Virus record (IMG/VR): IMGVR_UViG_3300021226_000131 | Span: 1-54,365 of that record | Source: a virus | Taxonomy: Duplodnaviria > Caudoviricetes | Strand: one strand, 5' to 3' | DNA: 54,365 nucleotides | Shown here: piece by piece, positions 53,491 through 54,365 of the stretch | Numbering within the stretch: position 1 is the first letter of the stretch | Layout: each line of letters starts with the position of its first letter | Program-made: the position numbers and the translations under genes | The notes under the pieces: generated by a model | What the model saw: the letters and a program-made list of their open reading frames with translations, nothing else | Databases searched by the model: none | Told to the model about the DNA's origin: nothing

Positions 53491-53762
53491 CCGACGTTGA
53501 TCGCTTCCTGCAGCAGACGCACAGCGTCGAGCTGGGCATTCACGGTGCACGTGTCGCCGTGGCCGGTTTCGCTCATGGCCATGGCCTGCGCCAGGCACTG
53601 GTTGCCGAAGGTGTCCAGCAGCGCCAGGATTCGCTGGCGCTCGGAGAAGAGCATGTCCTCGCCGTGCTTGCGCACCAAGTCCTCGGGGTACAGGGCCTGA
53701 AAGCGGCCGTCGTGGTCCATCAGTGCGGGCAGGGGCGACTCGGGAAGGGTGGGTTTGTTCAT
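53487..53762 (-). CDS. Hypothetical protein
   Basis: ATGA overlaps on both sides. Confidence 0.65.
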   Translation of the reverse strand: MNKPTLPESPLPALMDHDGRFQALYPEDLVRKHGEDMLFSERQRILALLDTFGNQCLAQAMAMSETGHGDTCTVNAQLDAVRLLQEAINVG

Positions 53763-54034
53763 TCTTTGACCTTTAAATTAAATCGTTCGCACTGTTCGTC
53801 AGAGGCTGGATCAAGGCTGGCTTCGTGCTTGTCAATCCATGCATCAAGGGCTGCATGCAAAGCGGCCCGGTTTCTTTGACCAACAGTGAATCCGTTTGTT
53901 GTTTTGAGTTTGTCGCCAATCAGTTCTTGAAATCCATCATCACGAGAAACCGAGAATTTTTTTTCCTCTAGCTTCAAACTCACAACAGAACCATTGCCGT
54001 AGGCAGAGATGATGCAATATTCCTGCGTTTTCAT
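53759..54034 (-). CDS. Hypothetical AT-rich inserted gene
   Basis: ATGA-coupled but visibly lower GC than its neighbours. Confidence 0.65.
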   Translation of the reverse strand: MKTQEYCIISAYGNGSVVSLKLEEKKFSVSRDDGFQELIGDKLKTTNGFTVGQRNRAALHAALDAWIDKHEASLDPASDEQCERFNLKVKE

Positions 54035-54365
54035 TCCTCACCACCCTTCGCCTTCATGAGCAGCGCCTGCATCTGCGCCAGCTCGGCGTCGCTCAGGCCT
54101 TTGAAGTCCACGCTGGCCACCGAGATCGGGGCGCCGTTGGGGCCGCTGTGCTCAACCTGCTGGGTTTCTCGCCAGCCGATCTGAGTTGTGGCCCAGAACT
54201 TCATGAGAACCGTGTCGCCCGCCATCGCCTTTTTGAAGATGCCGCCAGCGACTTGGGCGTTGGCCGTGGCCTTGCCAACAAGAAGCTCGTCGGCAAAATG
54301 TGTGCGCAAAGTATCAACGTGAATTCCGTCGCGAATCAGCGCGGCAATTTGAGGAAATGGAAGTC
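54031..54365 (-). CDS. terS: Terminase small subunit, C-terminal part
   Basis: Open to the window edge: GLPFPQIAALIRDGIHVDTLRTHF..EL..GKA.AN..V...F.KA..GD....FW....GWRE...EHSG.NG.PI. Confidence 0.85.
   Translation of the reverse strand, partial: LPFPQIAALIRDGIHVDTLRTHFADELLVGKATANAQVAGGIFKKAMAGDTVLMKFWATTQIGWRETQQVEHSGPNGAPISVASVDFKGLSDAELAQMQALLMKAKGGEE

Noticed and set aside
1-54365. Alternative genetic code, introns or inteins
   Set aside because: Core genes are intact and of ordinary length under the standard code

Overview
The window is an apparently near-complete, circularly permuted, GC-rich dsDNA tailed phage genome. The two ends join in frame inside the small terminase gene. The architecture is podovirus-like: portal, HK97-type major capsid, head-tail adaptors, nozzle, ejection proteins and fibres, with no tape measure or sheath gene. 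There are three blocks. (1) A minus-strand replication arm (about 1.7-9.7 kb) carries a primase-SF3 helicase with an adjacent iteron/IHF origin candidate, VRR-NUC, an SF2 helicase, small ORFs and a Cro-like HTH, plus an antisense atypical tRNA-Met(CAT). (2) A plus-strand early arm (9.8-20.3 kb) has about 35 translationally coupled small ORFs, an HNH, a YqaJ exonuclease, RecT and an excisionase-like HTH. (3) A minus-strand late arm runs from the ParB-methyltransferase across the window ends through TerS, TerL, portal, GroES, head, tail, lysis and ejection genes down to 20.3 kb. No integrase, CI repressor, DNA polymerase, reverse transcriptase or CRISPR array was recognised. The most interesting signals are: a 79-aa early ORF that copies a 36-residue segment of the major capsid protein (possible capsid decoy); an AxGG peptide repeated 13 times across four unrelated late proteins (possible capsid cargo-loading or processing tag); a Tad2-like plus Gp49-family sponge pair in the head module; conserved gene-junction repeats with a glutaredoxin truncated at one of them; and several candidate structured RNAs. 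Family names come from motif recognition by eye, not database searches.
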